A DNA stretch of 64,000 nucleotides, from positions 288,001 to 352,000 of the forward strand of contig CAWDGJ010000002.1 in NCBI GenBank assembly GCA_963801815.1, given 5' to 3'. Of the stretch, positions 24,787-36,283 are shown one piece after another. Position 1 is the first letter of the stretch; each line of letters starts with the position of its first letter. A program made the translations under genes and the position numbers. Under the pieces are notes generated by a model. It was given only the letters and a program-made list of their open reading frames with translations, ran no database searches and was not told where the DNA came from. Origin of the DNA: an uncultured Verrucomicrobiae bacterium (GTDB lineage: Bacteria > Verrucomicrobiota > Verrucomicrobiia > Chthoniobacterales > UBA10450).

Positions 24787-25549
24787 ATGAAGACGCTGGT
24801 CGGAACTCTGCTGGCGGATCTCGATTCTTTGCCGGCGTTGCGTTCGCTATCGACTGACAATATCAAGACGCGCTTAATCACGAGCGCGACCCTAACATCA
24901 CATGTCAAAGACGGTCAGTATTTGACGATTAGGAATTTCACCCAAGACCGGTCCGCAACTCAACGCGGCGCCGTCATCGCGGGTGTGTTTCCAACCCCTG
25001 CTCCGACTCCGACCCCAACTCCGACTCCGACTCCGTACGCGCAACGCCAGCCCTGCTCAACAGTCCGTCCAACACCAACCCCTATCCCCAACTCCAACGC
25101 CCACACCAACTCCAACACCAACGCCACCGCCGACCGCCAATCTTTACGGACGGTGACCTACGGCTGCGATCACCGGCGCTTCGCCCGCAGAATTCATCAA
25201 ACCGATCATCATCGCGGGACCAGCCGTGTTGACCATCGATCCAGTTCGAGACGCGACGCTTTCAATCAACTTACCGGAAAACGCTGCAACCAAGTCAGCC
25301 GACGCCAACCCCGACGCCAACTCCACAGTCAACGACGAACTCCACGGTTCGACATCGTCTGAGGACTTCAACGTCGTCCGTTGGCGTTTCCTCCAGATCT
25401 CGCATTCGGTCGTCGCAACCGCATCAGGGTCGTCAGACGACGATGATGACACCTATTCCTCGACCCCAACGCCCACGCCGACTCCGATCCCGACCGCAAT
25501 ACCTTCAATTACTCCGACGCCTTCGCCAACGCCGACGCCTTCACGTTGA
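24787..25549 (+). CDS. Paralog of the preceding gene with Pro/Thr-rich tracts; many indels
   Basis: MKTLVGTLLA.., IRNFTQ ~24928, RGAV, (PT)n tract, IIIAGPAVLTI ~25211, ITYRK-like ~25265, further (PT)n; 3' end uncertain. Confidence 0.55.
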
Positions 25550-26002
25550 TGCGCCCACTTCGGTTCGGCTTTTTTTGTTTCGCGATAATTGCCGGTTCGA
25601 TTCTGGCCGAAGAGCCGGCTGACAACATTTCGTCCGAGATTCAAAACGTTCTTCAGCGCCCAGCAAGAGGCCTGGAACCGCGGAGATATCGACGCCTTCA
25701 TGAACGGTTACTGGCGCTCAGAACAAACGGTTTTTGTTTCCGGCGACGACGTCACCCGCGGCTGGCAGAAAGTTCTCGATCGCTACAAGGCGAAATACTC
25801 CGACCGCGCCAAAATGGGAACGCTGACGTTTTCGGAAATCGAAATCAACTCGTTGAGTAACGATTCAGCCGTCGCGCTTGGCAGTTGGAAATTGAAGCGC
25901 GCGGCTGACGAGCCTCACGGCCGCTTCACTTTGATCTTTCGCCACTTTCCTGACGGCTGGAGAATCGTCCACGATCACACGAGCGCAGCCGAAACCAAAT
26001 AG
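25549..26002 (+). CDS. Secreted NTF2-like (DUF4440/SnoaL-like) protein; one indel near 25650
   Basis: Signal peptide, then QQEAWNRGDIDAFMNGYW..GRFTLIFR..GWRIVHDHTS. Confidence 0.8.
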
Positions 26003-26008
26003 CTCACG

Positions 26009-26069
26009 AACTCAGGAAAGCAGGAAACGAGTTACTATTCTAAAGAATTCCTGCGTTCTTGCTTTCCTT
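26009..26069. repeat. Inverted short-period repeat (CAGGAAAG / TTCCTG type)
   Basis: AACTCAGGAAAGCAGGAAAC facing AATTCCTGCGTTCTTGCTTTCCTT; related sequence at 59994-60024. Confidence 0.6.
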
Positions 26070-27466
26070 AGAGGTCTTTCAACCGCACCAGCAGTTTCTC
26101 GTGAATGTTGTCGAAGCCGCCGTTGCTGAACACCGTCACCACGTCCTTCTTTTTCAACATCGGCACGATTCGATCGACAATCGCGTCCGCGTTTTTTTCG
26201 TAAAACGCCGGACGGCCGTCTTTCGCAATTGCTTCGACCACCGCTTCCGGATGCAAGCGCTCATTCTCCGGGATTTGCTCCAGCCGCGCGACCTGCGAAA
26301 TGAAAACGCCGTCCGCCAGCTTGAATGCCTCCGGCAATTCCTTTTGAAACACCGCACGCCGCGTCGTGTTCGAGCGCGGCTCGAAAATCGCCCAGAGCCG
26401 CTGCCCCGGAAAACGATGTCGCAACGCCTCCAACGTCTGCGCGATCGCCGTCGGATGATGTCCGAAATCGTCGATCACTTTCACGCCGCCCGCTTCGCCC
26501 CGCACTTCCTGCCGGCGCGCGATTCCCTGAAAACTTTTCAGCGCGGTGTCGATTTTTGCTTTCGGCACGTCGTAAAATCGCGCGGCGGTCGCGGCCATCG
26601 CTGCGTTGCGCACGTTGAATTCGCCGACCATCGGGATTTCGTAAACGTCGTCGCCCAGTTTGAAACCGCGACCCGCTCGGTGGAATAAGCCACATCGCGG
26701 ATCCGTTGCGCGCAATTCTTCGAGAAGCCGACCTCAACCATTTGGGCGAGGCAATCCTTGGCGACTTCGACGCAATTGTGGTCGTCGCCGTTGATCAGCA
26801 CCATTCCGTTTTCGGGGACGATGTTGAGCAAACGCTTAAAGCTCAGTTTGATCTCGTCGATGTTGTTAAAGATGTCGGCGTGATCGAACTCGATGTTGTT
26901 CACGATCACCAGCTCGGGCAGGTAATGAATGAACTTCGAGCGCTTGTCGAAAAACGCGGTGTCGTATTCGTCGCCTTCGATCACGAAATACTTGGAATCG
27001 TTGAGCCGCGCGCCCTGGCCGAAGATTTTTCGGGATGCCGCCAATCAGGTAACCGGGTTTGCGTCCGGCTTTCTCCATGATCCAGGCCAGCAATGCAGTG
27101 GTGGTGGTTTTTCCGTGTGTGCCGGTGACGACGAGATTGTGTCTGCCGCGCAGAAAATAATTTTTCAGAACTTCCGGCAGCGAGAGGTAAAAAAGTTTCC
27201 GATTGAGAACGGCTTCCACTTCCGGGATTGCCGCGTTTCATCGCGTTGCCGATCACGACCACATCGGCGTCGGCCGGAATATTTTCCTTGTCGTAGCCGC
27301 GATGAAGTTTGATTCCCCGCTCCTCGAGAAAGGTCGACATCGGCGGATAAACGTTTTCGTCCGAGCCGGTGACGGTGAATCCGCGTTCGCGCAACGCCGC
27401 CGCGACTGCGCCCATGGCCGTGCCGCAGATCCCGAGGAAATGAAATTTTTGCGGCGCTTTTGTCAT
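26068..27466 (-). CDS. mpl: Murein tripeptide ligase Mpl; several indels
   Basis: HFLGICGTAMG, GSDENVYPPMS, GTHGKTTT, IEGDEYDTAFFDKRSKF, NNIEFDHADIF, DDFGHHPTAI, FEPRSNT, SNGGF. Confidence 0.9.
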
Positions 27467-27535
27467 CACGCGTAGTTCTTTACCGCACGATGGGGACTTT
27501 GCGAGTCAAACGATAAGCTTTGCTCGCGCCGCCCA

Positions 27536-27661
27536 AAACACCAGATCCCAGTTCCCAAATCCCAGGAAAACTCCAATCGCCAAGCTCTAAAGCCGTCGGG
27601 GTGGTTAGAATATCGGAATTCTAGATTTCCTTGGGGTTTGGGATGTGGGACTTTGGGATTT
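27536..27661. repeat. Inverted heptamer repeat (AAATCCC / TTGGGAT type)
   Basis: CCAGATCCCAGTTCCCAAATCCCAGG facing CCTTGGGGTTTGGGATGTGGGACTTTGGGATTT. Confidence 0.7.
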
Positions 27662-27681
27662 CCGGCTGCATGCAGCCGGCG

Positions 27682-29812
27682 CTATTTCTTCTTAAACACT
27701 TCGACTGCGTTCCAAGCCTCGTCCGGCGGCGATTGGTCGTACTCGAGCGCACTGACGAGGTACATTTTTGCGAGAGCGTCGTCCGGATAAAATTCGAGAA
27801 AGTGCGAGAACAGGATCTTGGCGTCTTTAAAATCGCGCTTCCGGAACTTCGCGATCGCTTCTTCGTAGGTTTGCAACCATTTCAAAAACTCAGGGTCGAC
27901 ATCGTCGCTCCGAGCGCCGATTAACGTGAAAACTTCCATGGGCTCTGTTTTTCCCTTCACTTGCACGCGCGCGACCGACCGCAAATGAAATTCATCTTTC
28001 GCAAGCTCAGTCGCGCTTCGCCCAATTAAAATGTCCACGCCGTAAGTCCGCGTCAGGCCTTCCAAGCGCGACGCGAGATTGACCGCGTCGCCGATGACGG
28101 TCGGGTCGAGGCGTTCGTGCGGCTCATAGGAACCAATGTTTCCGACAACTGCATCGCCGTGATTGATGCCCACGCCAAACGCGAGCGGATCCACACCTTT
28201 CGTTTGCCATGCCTCGTTCAGCTTCGGCATTGCTTTACGCATCCCAAGCGCGGCACGAATCGCTGCCTTCGCATCTTCCGCTTCACCGCGACTGCTGACG
28301 TTGCCCCAAACCGCCATGATTGCGTCGCCGATGAACTTGTCGAGCGTTCCACCATTGTCGAAAACCATCGGCACCATCGCGCTGAGATATTCATTGAGTC
28401 GCGGAACCAAAACCGTCGGATCGGATTTTTCGACCAAACTGGTGAAGCCTACGAGATCGGAAAACAGTACGGTGACGGGTTTACGCGAACCCAGCATCGA
28501 GCTGTAATAGCCGCCCGGGTTTTCCAGAATTTCTTTGACCAGGTTTTTCGAAACGTAACGCTCGAGCGTGCGACGCGTCCGCAGTTTCTCCAGCCGCTCC
28601 AATGCATACTCAAACCCGAGCCCGGACAATCCGCTGGTGAGAAACGCACTGATCGGCGGGACGACCATCAGAAGCAAGCCAACGCGATCGTAAAGAATTC
28701 TCGCCAGACCGAGATAAGCGGCGGCGATTAGAATTAGTGCGGCAAAAGTCATCAACGGTCTCCGCAGAAACGCGACTACCGCCCAAGCTGTTAATCCGCC
28801 GATCAAAACCAAAATGAAACCGATCCGAATCGGCGTGTCCCGAAGAAATTCGTGATCCATGCGCTGCAGCCAGGGCGTACAAATGAAAAGCAGGGCCGGG
28901 GGTCTCCGGATTGACCGGTGTGTCGAAGACGTCGTGTGCGATTTGCGAGGACGCGCCTACGATGACGATCTTGTCCTTAAAGAAGGCGCCATCTTGATAG
29001 TTCGCCTTCCAAAACTTCGGATCGAAAATCTCCCACAGTGGCCGTGGGGGATAAGCGTCCATTTCTCCAAAGCGCAGGAGGTGTCCTTCCAAGTCGTTCG
29101 GAATGTCATTGGCGCGCCCTAATTTTCTGAGCGCCCGCGTGCTTAGCGCTTCGTACGGTTTCTCATCGGGCAATGGATCGTTTCCGAGCAACTGTTGACC
29201 CGTAAATCGATACCAGACAGAACGAATTCTACCGTCGAGCGGATCCGGAAAAATAATCACGCAACCAACGCGGTCATCCTCCATTTGCGGAGCCGGGATC
29301 AAATCTGAGGTGGGCGGCACATTCACAGTCATGCTTCCCAGTTGCCGGACTTGCGACAAATCGAAGTTCGCGCCGATTACGACCTTGTCGCGATAACGAT
29401 CCAGAGCGGCCCGAAAGATTTCGTCGCCCTCTTTCGGTTTATCGAAAACGATATCGAACATGACCAGCCGGGCACCCGCTTGAAAGAGGCGGTCGAGCAA
29501 AAGCCCCCAAAGTTCTCGCGACCATGGGTAACCGTGTTCGCTCATCAGTTGCAACGGACGATTGTTCGACCAGTCCTCTTCTTCCGCTTTCAACGACAAG
29601 CTGGTCTGATCGATTCCGAGAAAAACAAAATCATTATGCGTTTTGGTTTTGCGGCCTTCGCGCCGCAACACATCGGCAAAACTGCGTTCGCCGCGCCAAA
29701 TGACAGAAAGAAACGGCGCGGTCGGAAAAAAATGGGCCAGCGAAACCAGGCCTGTCCAAAAAGCCGCGATCAGGCTCAGTATGAGCAACCGATGGCGATG
29801 GAGCCAATGCAC
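27682..29812 (-). CDS. CHASE2-domain class III adenylate cyclase; one indel near 28860
   Basis: CHASE2 (VFLGIDQ, YPWSR, FDIVF, FKDKIVIVG, DVFDTP), 3 TMs, cyclase FSDLVGFT, DKFIGDAIM, TVIGDAVNLASRLE. Confidence 0.88.
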
Positions 29813-29833
29813 GGGCGGATTATATCAGAAATC

Positions 29834-29868
29834 CGTTACAACGTTAAATCGTTACATCGTTAAAATGG
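29834..29868. repeat. 8-nt period repeat (GTTAAATC type)
   Basis: CGTTACAAC GTTAAATC GTTACATC GTTAAAATG; relatives at 41546-41571 and, degenerate, 34489-34565. Confidence 0.6.
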
Positions 29869-29898
29869 GAAAAGAGTGGCGAAACATGATGACGAGGC

Positions 29899-30026
29899 CA
29901 AATCCGAAATCCGAATAACGAAATTCGAAACAAATTCGAATGGCCAAAATCTCAAATCATTAAGGAGTTTGGAATTTTTAGATTTCGGGCTTGTTTCGGA
30001 TTTCGAAATTCGAGATTGGAATTTTT
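29899..30026. repeat. Inverted heptamer repeat (AAATCCG / TTCGGAT type)
   Basis: AAATCCGAAATCCGAATAACGAAATTCGAAACAAAT facing TTGTTTCGGATTTCGAAATTCGAG; homologous to 62659-62789. Confidence 0.75.
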
Positions 30027-30035
30027 GATTTGCGG

Positions 30036-30063
30036 TTGTCATCCGTCATTTTTTACCTACCTT
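30036..30063 (+). promoter_or_regulatory. Sigma70-like promoter for rplT-pheST
   Basis: TTGTCA-N16-TACCTT about 155 nt upstream of rplT. Confidence 0.5.
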
Positions 30064-30069
30064 CTCCGC

Positions 30070-30218
30070 CCCGTCGCTAACGCGCCGGTCGTCTTTCCAC
30101 CTGTCCAAACCCGCTACGGCGGGACGGGACTTATCAGCGAGCGAGGTCGGAGAGATCGATAATTAAACGAACAGCCCGCTGAACGAGGAGTCCCGCCAGT
30201 GGCGGGACATAACAAAAA
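30070..30218 (+). promoter_or_regulatory. Structured 5' leader of rplT (candidate L20 autoregulatory RNA)
   Basis: Stem 30086-30102/30144-30159 with nested hairpin, TCGCT/AGCGA pseudoknot potential, hairpin 30190-30208. Confidence 0.45.
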
Positions 30219-30605
30219 ATGCCAAGAGCCACCAACGCGCCGGCCAGCCGCGCGCGCCGCAAACGAGTTATCAAGTCCGCCAAAGGTTATCGCGGACGCA
30301 GATCAAAACTTTTCCGTTACGCCAAAGACGCGACCATGAAAGGCAAGTATTGGGCCTATCGCGATCGCAAAACGCGCAAACGCAATTTCCGTTATCTGTG
30401 GATCCAACGACTCAACGCCGCCGCGCGGGCGAACGGAATGACCTACAGCCGTTTCGCCGAAGGCTTGAAAGCCGCCGGCATCGGACTCGATCGCAAAATT
30501 CTCGCCGACATCGCGGTCAACGACGAGACCGCGTTCAAAGCGATTGTCGAACAGGCGAAGAGCGCGCTCGACGAGAAAGCGAAATCGAAGAAAAAGGCGG
30601 CGTAG
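30219..30605 (+). CDS. rplT: 50S ribosomal protein L20
   Basis: [49 protein letters not shown]. Confidence 0.98.
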   Translation: MPRATNAPASRARRKRVIKSAKGYRGRRSKLFRYAKDATMKGKYWAYRDRKTRKRNFRYLWIQRLNAAARANGMTYSRFAEGLKAAGIGLDRKILADIAVNDETAFKAIVEQAKSALDEKAKSKKKAA

Positions 30606-30611
30606 GTTTTC

Positions 30612-30682
30612 TGTAGCGGCGGTCTATGACCGCCGCAATTATTGCGGAATAATTTTGCGACGCTCGCAGAGCGCTCGCTACA
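30612..30682. repeat. Inverted pair of GTAG-tagged REPs
   Basis: TGTAGCGGCGGTCTATGACCGCCGC ... CGACGCTCGCAGAGCGCTCGCTACA. Confidence 0.75.
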
Positions 30683-30691
30683 ACGTTTGTC

Positions 30692-31707
30692 ATGGCTCAT
30701 CCGCTGGAACAACTGCGCGACGCCGCGCTGCGCGAGATCGAATCCGCCGGAGACGAGCAAGCGCTCGAGACCGCGCGGGTAAAATATCTCGGACGCAGCG
30801 GCAGCATTTCGGCCTGGGGCGAGCAAATGAAGACGCTCTCCAAGGAAGAAAAGCCGGTCGTGGGCAAGCTGCTGAACGAAGTTCGCACCGCAGTCACAAG
30901 TGCGATCGAATCGCGCACCGCCCATTTCCGTTCGCAAAAAGAATCAGGGGCACTGGCCAAGATCGACATCTCGCTGCCCGGAACGCCGCGCGAGATCGGC
31001 GCGCTTCATCCCCTCACTCAGATGTGGGAACGTTCGATCGAGATTTTCCGGCGAATGGGCTTCGCGCTCGCTGACGGACCGGACATCGAAGATGAATGGC
31101 ATTGTTTCGACGCGCTTAACACGCCGCCGGAACATCCGGCGCGCAACGAACAGGACACATTTTATCTGCCGGACGGCCGACTGCTCCGCACCCACACTTC
31201 GACCGTGCAAATTCGCACGATGCAAACCGCCGAGCCGCCCATTCGCGTGATCTCTCCCGGCGCCGCTTATCGGCGCGATGAGCTCGACGCGACACACAGC
31301 CCGCAGTTCCACCAAATCGAAGGACTTTACGTCGATGAAGATGTCAGCGTCGCCGATCTCAAAGGCACGCTCGAGTTTTTCATGCGCGAGCTTTTCGGCT
31401 CGGATACCAAGGTGCGATTTCGTCCACATTTCTTTCCGTTTACCGAGCCGAGCTTCGAGATCTACGTGAAATCGAAAGCGCTGAAAGGCGGCGAGCAATG
31501 GATCGAAGTCGGCGGCTCCGGCATGGTGCATCCAGCCGTCTTCGAGCAGGTCAATAAAGCGCGCGGCGACAATGCCTACGATCCGGAAAAATGGAGCGGC
31601 TTCGCCTTCGGCCTCGGAATGGACCGGCTGGCCATGATCTTGTTCGACATCCCGGACATCCGCCACTTCGCCAAAACGATTTGCGGTTCTTAAGGCAATT
31701 CGCATGA
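30692..31707 (+). CDS. pheS: Phenylalanine-tRNA ligase alpha subunit; one indel near 31672
   Basis: HPARNEQDTFY, LLRTHTSTVQ, RFRPHFFPFTEPS, GFAFGLGMDRLAM; the conserved NDLRFLRQF tail is in another frame ending at TGA 31707. Confidence 0.97.
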
Positions 31708-31730
31708 AGAGCTTTTCAAAACACAACACG

Positions 31731-31850
31731 TGTCATTCCGAGTGGAGCGAGGAATCTCCCCTACCCGCACACTGTCACGCAAACCACATCCAGTCTCGCT
31801 CGGACGCGCCCGTTCTGATGCGAGATCCCTCACATTCGTTCGGGATGACA
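31731..31850. repeat. REPIN-like element, TGTCAT..GATGACA family
   Basis: TGTCATTCCGAGTGGAGCGAGGAATCTC ... GAGATCCCTCACATTCGTTCGGGATGACA; same ends as 36152-36260 and 40713-40821. Confidence 0.8.
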
Positions 31851-31863
31851 GAGATCTTGCGTC

Positions 31864-34186
31864 ATGAAATTTTCCGTCAACTGGCTCCGCGAATTTGTCG
31901 AGTCTTCCGGAAGATCCTGAAGACGTCGCCGATTTGCTGACGCGCGCCGGTGTCGAAACCGAAAACATCGAAATGCGCGGCGCGAAGATCGATCACGTGA
32001 TCGTTTCCCAAATCATTGCGTCATCGCGGCATCCAAACGCGGATCGATTCAGCGTTTGCGAAGTGGACGACGGCAGCGGCACGAAACGCCAGATCGTTTG
32101 CGGCGCGACGAACTACAAGGTCGGCGACAAGGTTCCGCTCGCACTGCCAGGTGCGAAGTTGCCGAACGGAACTGAGATCCGAAAAAGCAAACTGCGCGGC
32201 GTCGAAAGCGAAGGAATGCTTTGCAGCGCCATTGAGCTCGGACTCGGTACGGATGCAGGCGGCCTTCTGATTTTGTCGCCTGAGGCGAAAATCGGCGCGC
32301 CGATTAGCGATCTTTTCCCGAGCGACACGATTCTCGACGTCGAGATTACGCCGAACCGTGGCGATTTACTTAGTCATTACGGACTGGCGCGCGAAATCGC
32401 CGCGCTTACCGGCACCAAACTCAGAGCGACGTCCCACGACGCGAAAATTCCAATCAGGAAGACCGGCTTGGCAATCACCGCAACGCGCGAATGTCCTTTC
32501 TTCTCCGCGCGACGGATCGATAACGTGCACGTCGGTCCGAGCCCGCAATGGTTGCGCGCGAAAATCGAAAGCGTCGGGATTCGTTCGATCAATAACATCG
32601 TCGATATCTCCAATTTCGTGATGCTTGAGCTCGGTCAACCGACCCACGCCTTCGACGCCGACAATTTGAAAGGCGACATAAACGTCCGGCTTGCCCGCGA
32701 TGGCGAAAAATTTCTCGCGCTCGACGGCAGGACTTATTCGCTGAAGCCCGACATGTGTGTCGTTGCCGATCAACACCGCGCGGTTGGCATCGGCGGTGTA
32801 ATGGGTGGCGAAGAAACCGGCGTTACCGAATCGACCCGAAGCGTTTTGCTCGAAGCCGCTTACTTTTTGCCGGCAAGTGTTCGCAAAACGGCGCGTGAAC
32901 TCAGTCTTCCGAGTGATGCCAGTTACCGGTTCGAGCGCGGCGTCGATCCGGAAATGATTTTACGCGCGTCCGCCCGCGCAACGGAGTTGATCCGTGAAAT
33001 CGCAAACGGGACGCCGTCGAAAGAAGTTCACACAGCCGGGATGTTGCCGGCAAGTCCTACGGACGTTTCGTTGAGCTACGAGAAGTGCGACCGCGTTGTC
33101 GGCGTCACGATCAAACCAAGAACCGTGGACGAAATTCTGGAAGGGTTTGGCCTGAAGAAAATCAGTGCCGCCAAGAACATGAAATGGAAGATCCCGAGCT
33201 TCCGGCGCGATTTGCAGCGCGACGTCGATCTTATCGAAGAGGTCGTTCGTGCCTACGGCGCGGACCAAATTCCTGGCACAGACCGAAGCCGCTTCACCCC
33301 TTCGAGCGAAGCAGACCATGCCCACGACTCGGAATCACGAATGCGCGAACACCTCGTCGCCCGCGGACTTTTCGAAGCGCGGACGTCGAAACTAATTCCG
33401 CGAAGCGCATTGGCTTTCAGCGAAGGCGCTGTCCAGTTGCGCAATCCGTTGAGCGAAGACCATGTCGCGCTGCGGCCGAGCTTGATCGGAGGATTGGTCG
33501 GTGTTTTGGAACGAAACATTAACGCCGGCGCGGAAAGCGTCGCGATTTTCGAAATCGGGCGCGCGTTCATTCCGCCGGACGGAAGAGAAGAACGGCACCT
33601 GGCAATTTTATATTGGGGAAACACAGTCGTTGCGCAAAGCTGGCGGAATCAAACGAAACGCAGTTTCGATCTGTTCGATCTCAAAGGCTCGTTGGATGTC
33701 GTCGTTCCAAGCTTATCATTCCGTCCCGGAAAATTTCCCGATCTCGCGCTGGCGGTGGACATTTACTCCGGCGATCGAAAGATTGGTTTTGGGGGACAAC
33801 TTTCCGCAGCAAGGTCGAGCGCGCCTGGTCCAGTGATGGTCGCTGAGCTGCATGCCGATCTGCTTTTGCGTGAGGAATCGTCCACCAAATTTCGTGAGCT
33901 GGAGAAATTTCCCGCGGTAACGCGCGACATCGCGATGATCGTGCCGGAAGAAACGCCTCACGAAAAAATCTTGCGAGCGATCCGGGAACCAAAAGAACCG
34001 TTACTCGAAAGCGTGGAACTGTTCGACTTATTCACCGAAAAAATGGAATCAGCACGAAAGTCGCTTGCATATCGATTGACATATCGAGATCGAAGTCGCA
34101 CACTGACGAACGAGGAAGTGAATGCGGCGCACGCGAAAATTCGCGAGCGATTGCGAAGCGACCTCGGCGCGGAATTGCGCGAATAG
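31864..34186 (+). CDS. pheT: Phenylalanine-tRNA ligase beta subunit; one indel near 31903
   Basis: MKFSVNWLREFV from ATG 31864; HPNAD, IVCGATN, EITPNRGDLLS, ASYRFERGVD, KSLAYRLTYR. Confidence 0.97.
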
Positions 34187-34269
34187 TTCTTTGAGAGTGA
34201 GAGCCGCTCGTTGAGGGTTGGGAAGGAAACCAGTGCTTTCCACTCAACTCTCAGCCAGCGGCTTTCAAA

Positions 34270-34450
34270 TTTACCCTGCGATGTTCGCGATTAAGGCGAA
34301 GTCCCCGAACCGATAGTTGATGAACGAAGGAGGCTTGGTTGTTGCGGAAAATGGCACGCCTTCATTGGAAGTCAGCTTCCGCAGCGACGGTCATCCGCCC
34401 TTTACCAAAAGGGAACGGGAGATTCACCTGAACGGCATCAGTGGGGTAAA
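34270..34450 (+). ncRNA. ssrS: 6S RNA candidate
   Basis: ~180 nt; closing stem TTTACCCTGCGATG/CATCAGTGGGGTAAA; 5' strand GATGTTCG..AGTCCCCGAACCGATA resembles E. coli 6S as I recall it; lies after pheT and before a terminator. Confidence 0.8.
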
Positions 34451-34455
34451 ATTTT

Positions 34456-34488
34456 AAAACCCGAACCGGATTTTCGGTTCGGGTTTTT
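34456..34488 (+). terminator. Intrinsic terminator after the 6S candidate
   Basis: AAAACCCGAACCG-GATTTT-CGGTTCGGGTTTTT. Confidence 0.85.
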
Positions 34489-34599
34489 CGTTCAAAGCGT
34501 CGAGAGGTGAACCGTTGAAGCGGACATGGATAAAACGTTTTAACGCTTCATCGCTGCAACGATTTGAAATTCTCCCGTCAGCATCGACAATGGACGCCG

Positions 34600-35751
34600 A
34601 TGCGCGCCCTGCTCGCTCTCGAAGACGGAAAATTTTTCGAAGGCGAATCATTTGGCGCCACCGGCACCCGGGTCGGTGAAATTTGTTTCAACACCGCAAT
34701 GACCGGTTACCAGGAAGTCCTGACCGATCCTTCCTATCGCGGGCAGATCGTGACGATGACCTATCCGCTGATCGGAAATTACGGCACTAATTCTCTCGAT
34801 CAGGAAAGCCGCGAACCGCACGTGCGCGGATTTGTGATCGAAGAATTGAGCGAAGCGCCGAGCAATTGGCGCTCGGAAATGTCGCTCGATGAATATTTAA
34901 AGAAGTACGACATCATCGGCGTTCAGGGAATCGATACCCGCGCGCTGACACGACACCTCCGCACGCTTGGCGCGATGAAGGCGTGTCTGACGACCGAGCA
35001 GACGTCAGTCGAACAAGCAGTCCGGCGCGCAGTAGAAGGCGAAGGCGTGATCGGGATGGATTACGTCAAGGAAGTCTCGACGCCGGAAATTTATCGATGG
35101 GACCCGGACGACACATTGAGTCAGCCGTGGACCATTCAAAACGGTAACGGCGACAACAAACCGAAACTGCCGCCAATCCGGTTTCGGATCGTCGCCTACG
35201 ATTACGGGATCAAACAAAACATTTTGCGATTGCTGCGTCAGAAAGGTTTCGCTGTCACGGTTCTTCCTGCATCGACAACCGCGGACGAGGCGCTCGCGCA
35301 AAATCCCGATGGAATTTTCCTGTCGAATGGCCCGGGTGATCCTTCGGCGTTGCCCTACGCGCACAAAACTGTTCGCGATCTCATGGGCAGGAAACCGATC
35401 TTCGGAATTTGCCTCGGTCATCAAATCCTCGGTTTCGCGTTCGGAGGATCGACATTCAAACTAAAATTCGGCCACCGAGGCGCAAACCAGCCGGTCAAGG
35501 ATTTGAAGACCGGCAAAGTTGCAATCACCGCACAGAACCACGGGTTCGCCGTTGATCCAGCCTCATTGCCGAAAAACGTCGAGATTAGTCACATCAATTT
35601 GAACGACAACACGGTCGAGGGAATGCGCCACAAGGAGCTTCCAATCTTCAGTGTGCAATATCACCCCGAAGCCGCGCCCGGCCCGCACGACGCGTCGTAT
35701 TTCTTCTCACAATTCGCCGATTTGATTGAAGGCAAGAAAAGCCGAAAGTGA
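34600..35751 (+). CDS. carA: Carbamoyl-phosphate synthase small subunit
   Basis: [53 protein letters not shown]. Confidence 0.97.
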   Translation: MRALLALEDGKFFEGESFGATGTRVGEICFNTAMTGYQEVLTDPSYRGQIVTMTYPLIGNYGTNSLDQESREPHVRGFVIEELSEAPSNWRSEMSLDEYLKKYDIIGVQGIDTRALTRHLRTLGAMKACLTTEQTSVEQAVRRAVEGEGVIGMDYVKEVSTPEIYRWDPDDTLSQPWTIQNGNGDNKPKLPPIRFRIVAYDYGIKQNILRLLRQKGFAVTVLPASTTADEALAQNPDGIFLSNGPGDPSALPYAHKTVRDLMGRKPIFGICLGHQILGFAFGGSTFKLKFGHRGANQPVKDLKTGKVAITAQNHGFAVDPASLPKNVEISHINLNDNTVEGMRHKELPIFSVQYHPEAAPGPHDASYFFSQFADLIEGKKSRK

Positions 35752-35754
35752 CTC

Positions 35755-36150
35755 ATGTTTAATTCGAAACGCTTTAAGACATTCAGGAATATCTTCGCGA
35801 TGGTTGTCATCGCATCTTTTGCCACGGCTCCGCTGGCGCTCGCCCATGACGAGAAATCGGATGCCGCGGCCGAGAAAACCGTGACTGGCGAAGTCGTTGA
35901 TATGATGTGTTACGTCGATCATAACGCGATGGGCGATGGTCACGGACAATCCTGCGGCGCGAAGTGCATCAAAAACGGCGGGCCCGTCGGGATCGTTGAA
36001 AACGGCAAGGCCTATCTGGTCGTTGGCGAACACAAACCGATGAACGACGAGCTGGCGGATTCCTGCGGCAAAACGATCACGCTCAAGGGCAAGTTTGTCG
36101 AGCGTGGCGGGGTTGCGATGCTCGAGAACGCCGAGATCGTCAAAAAATGA
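35755..36150 (+). CDS. Secreted Cys/His-motif hypothetical protein
   Basis: Signal peptide; GEVVDMMCYVDH..HGQSCGAKCIKNGGPVGI. Confidence 0.7.
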   Translation: MFNSKRFKTFRNIFAMVVIASFATAPLALAHDEKSDAAAEKTVTGEVVDMMCYVDHNAMGDGHGQSCGAKCIKNGGPVGIVENGKAYLVVGEHKPMNDELADSCGKTITLKGKFVERGGVAMLENAEIVKK

Positions 36151-36151
36151 T

Positions 36152-36260
36152 TGTCATCCCGAGCGCAAGCGAGGGACCTCCCAGTCGAAGCGCGGATCAC
36201 GCAAGTCAATTGGTGTGATCAATCACCTTTTGAGAGATCCTTCGCTTCGTTCAGGATGAC
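36152..36260. repeat. 109-bp REPIN-like element at the 3' side of lhr
   Basis: TGTCATCCCGAGCGCAAGCGAGGGACCTC ... GAGATCCTTCGCTTCGTTCAGGATGAC with inner GATCAC..GTGATC hairpin. Confidence 0.8.
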
Positions 36261-36283
36261 GAACTCGGCGTCGCCGAAGTTCG

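Noticed and set aside
24990..25545. CRISPR array or VNTR
   Set aside because: Degenerate Pro-Thr codons in a coding region; no constant repeat with unique spacers. No CRISPR array seen elsewhere in the window.
30606..30691. T-box or pheM-type attenuator before pheS
   Set aside because: The spacer is a GTAG REP pair; no T-box motif or Phe-rich leader peptide.
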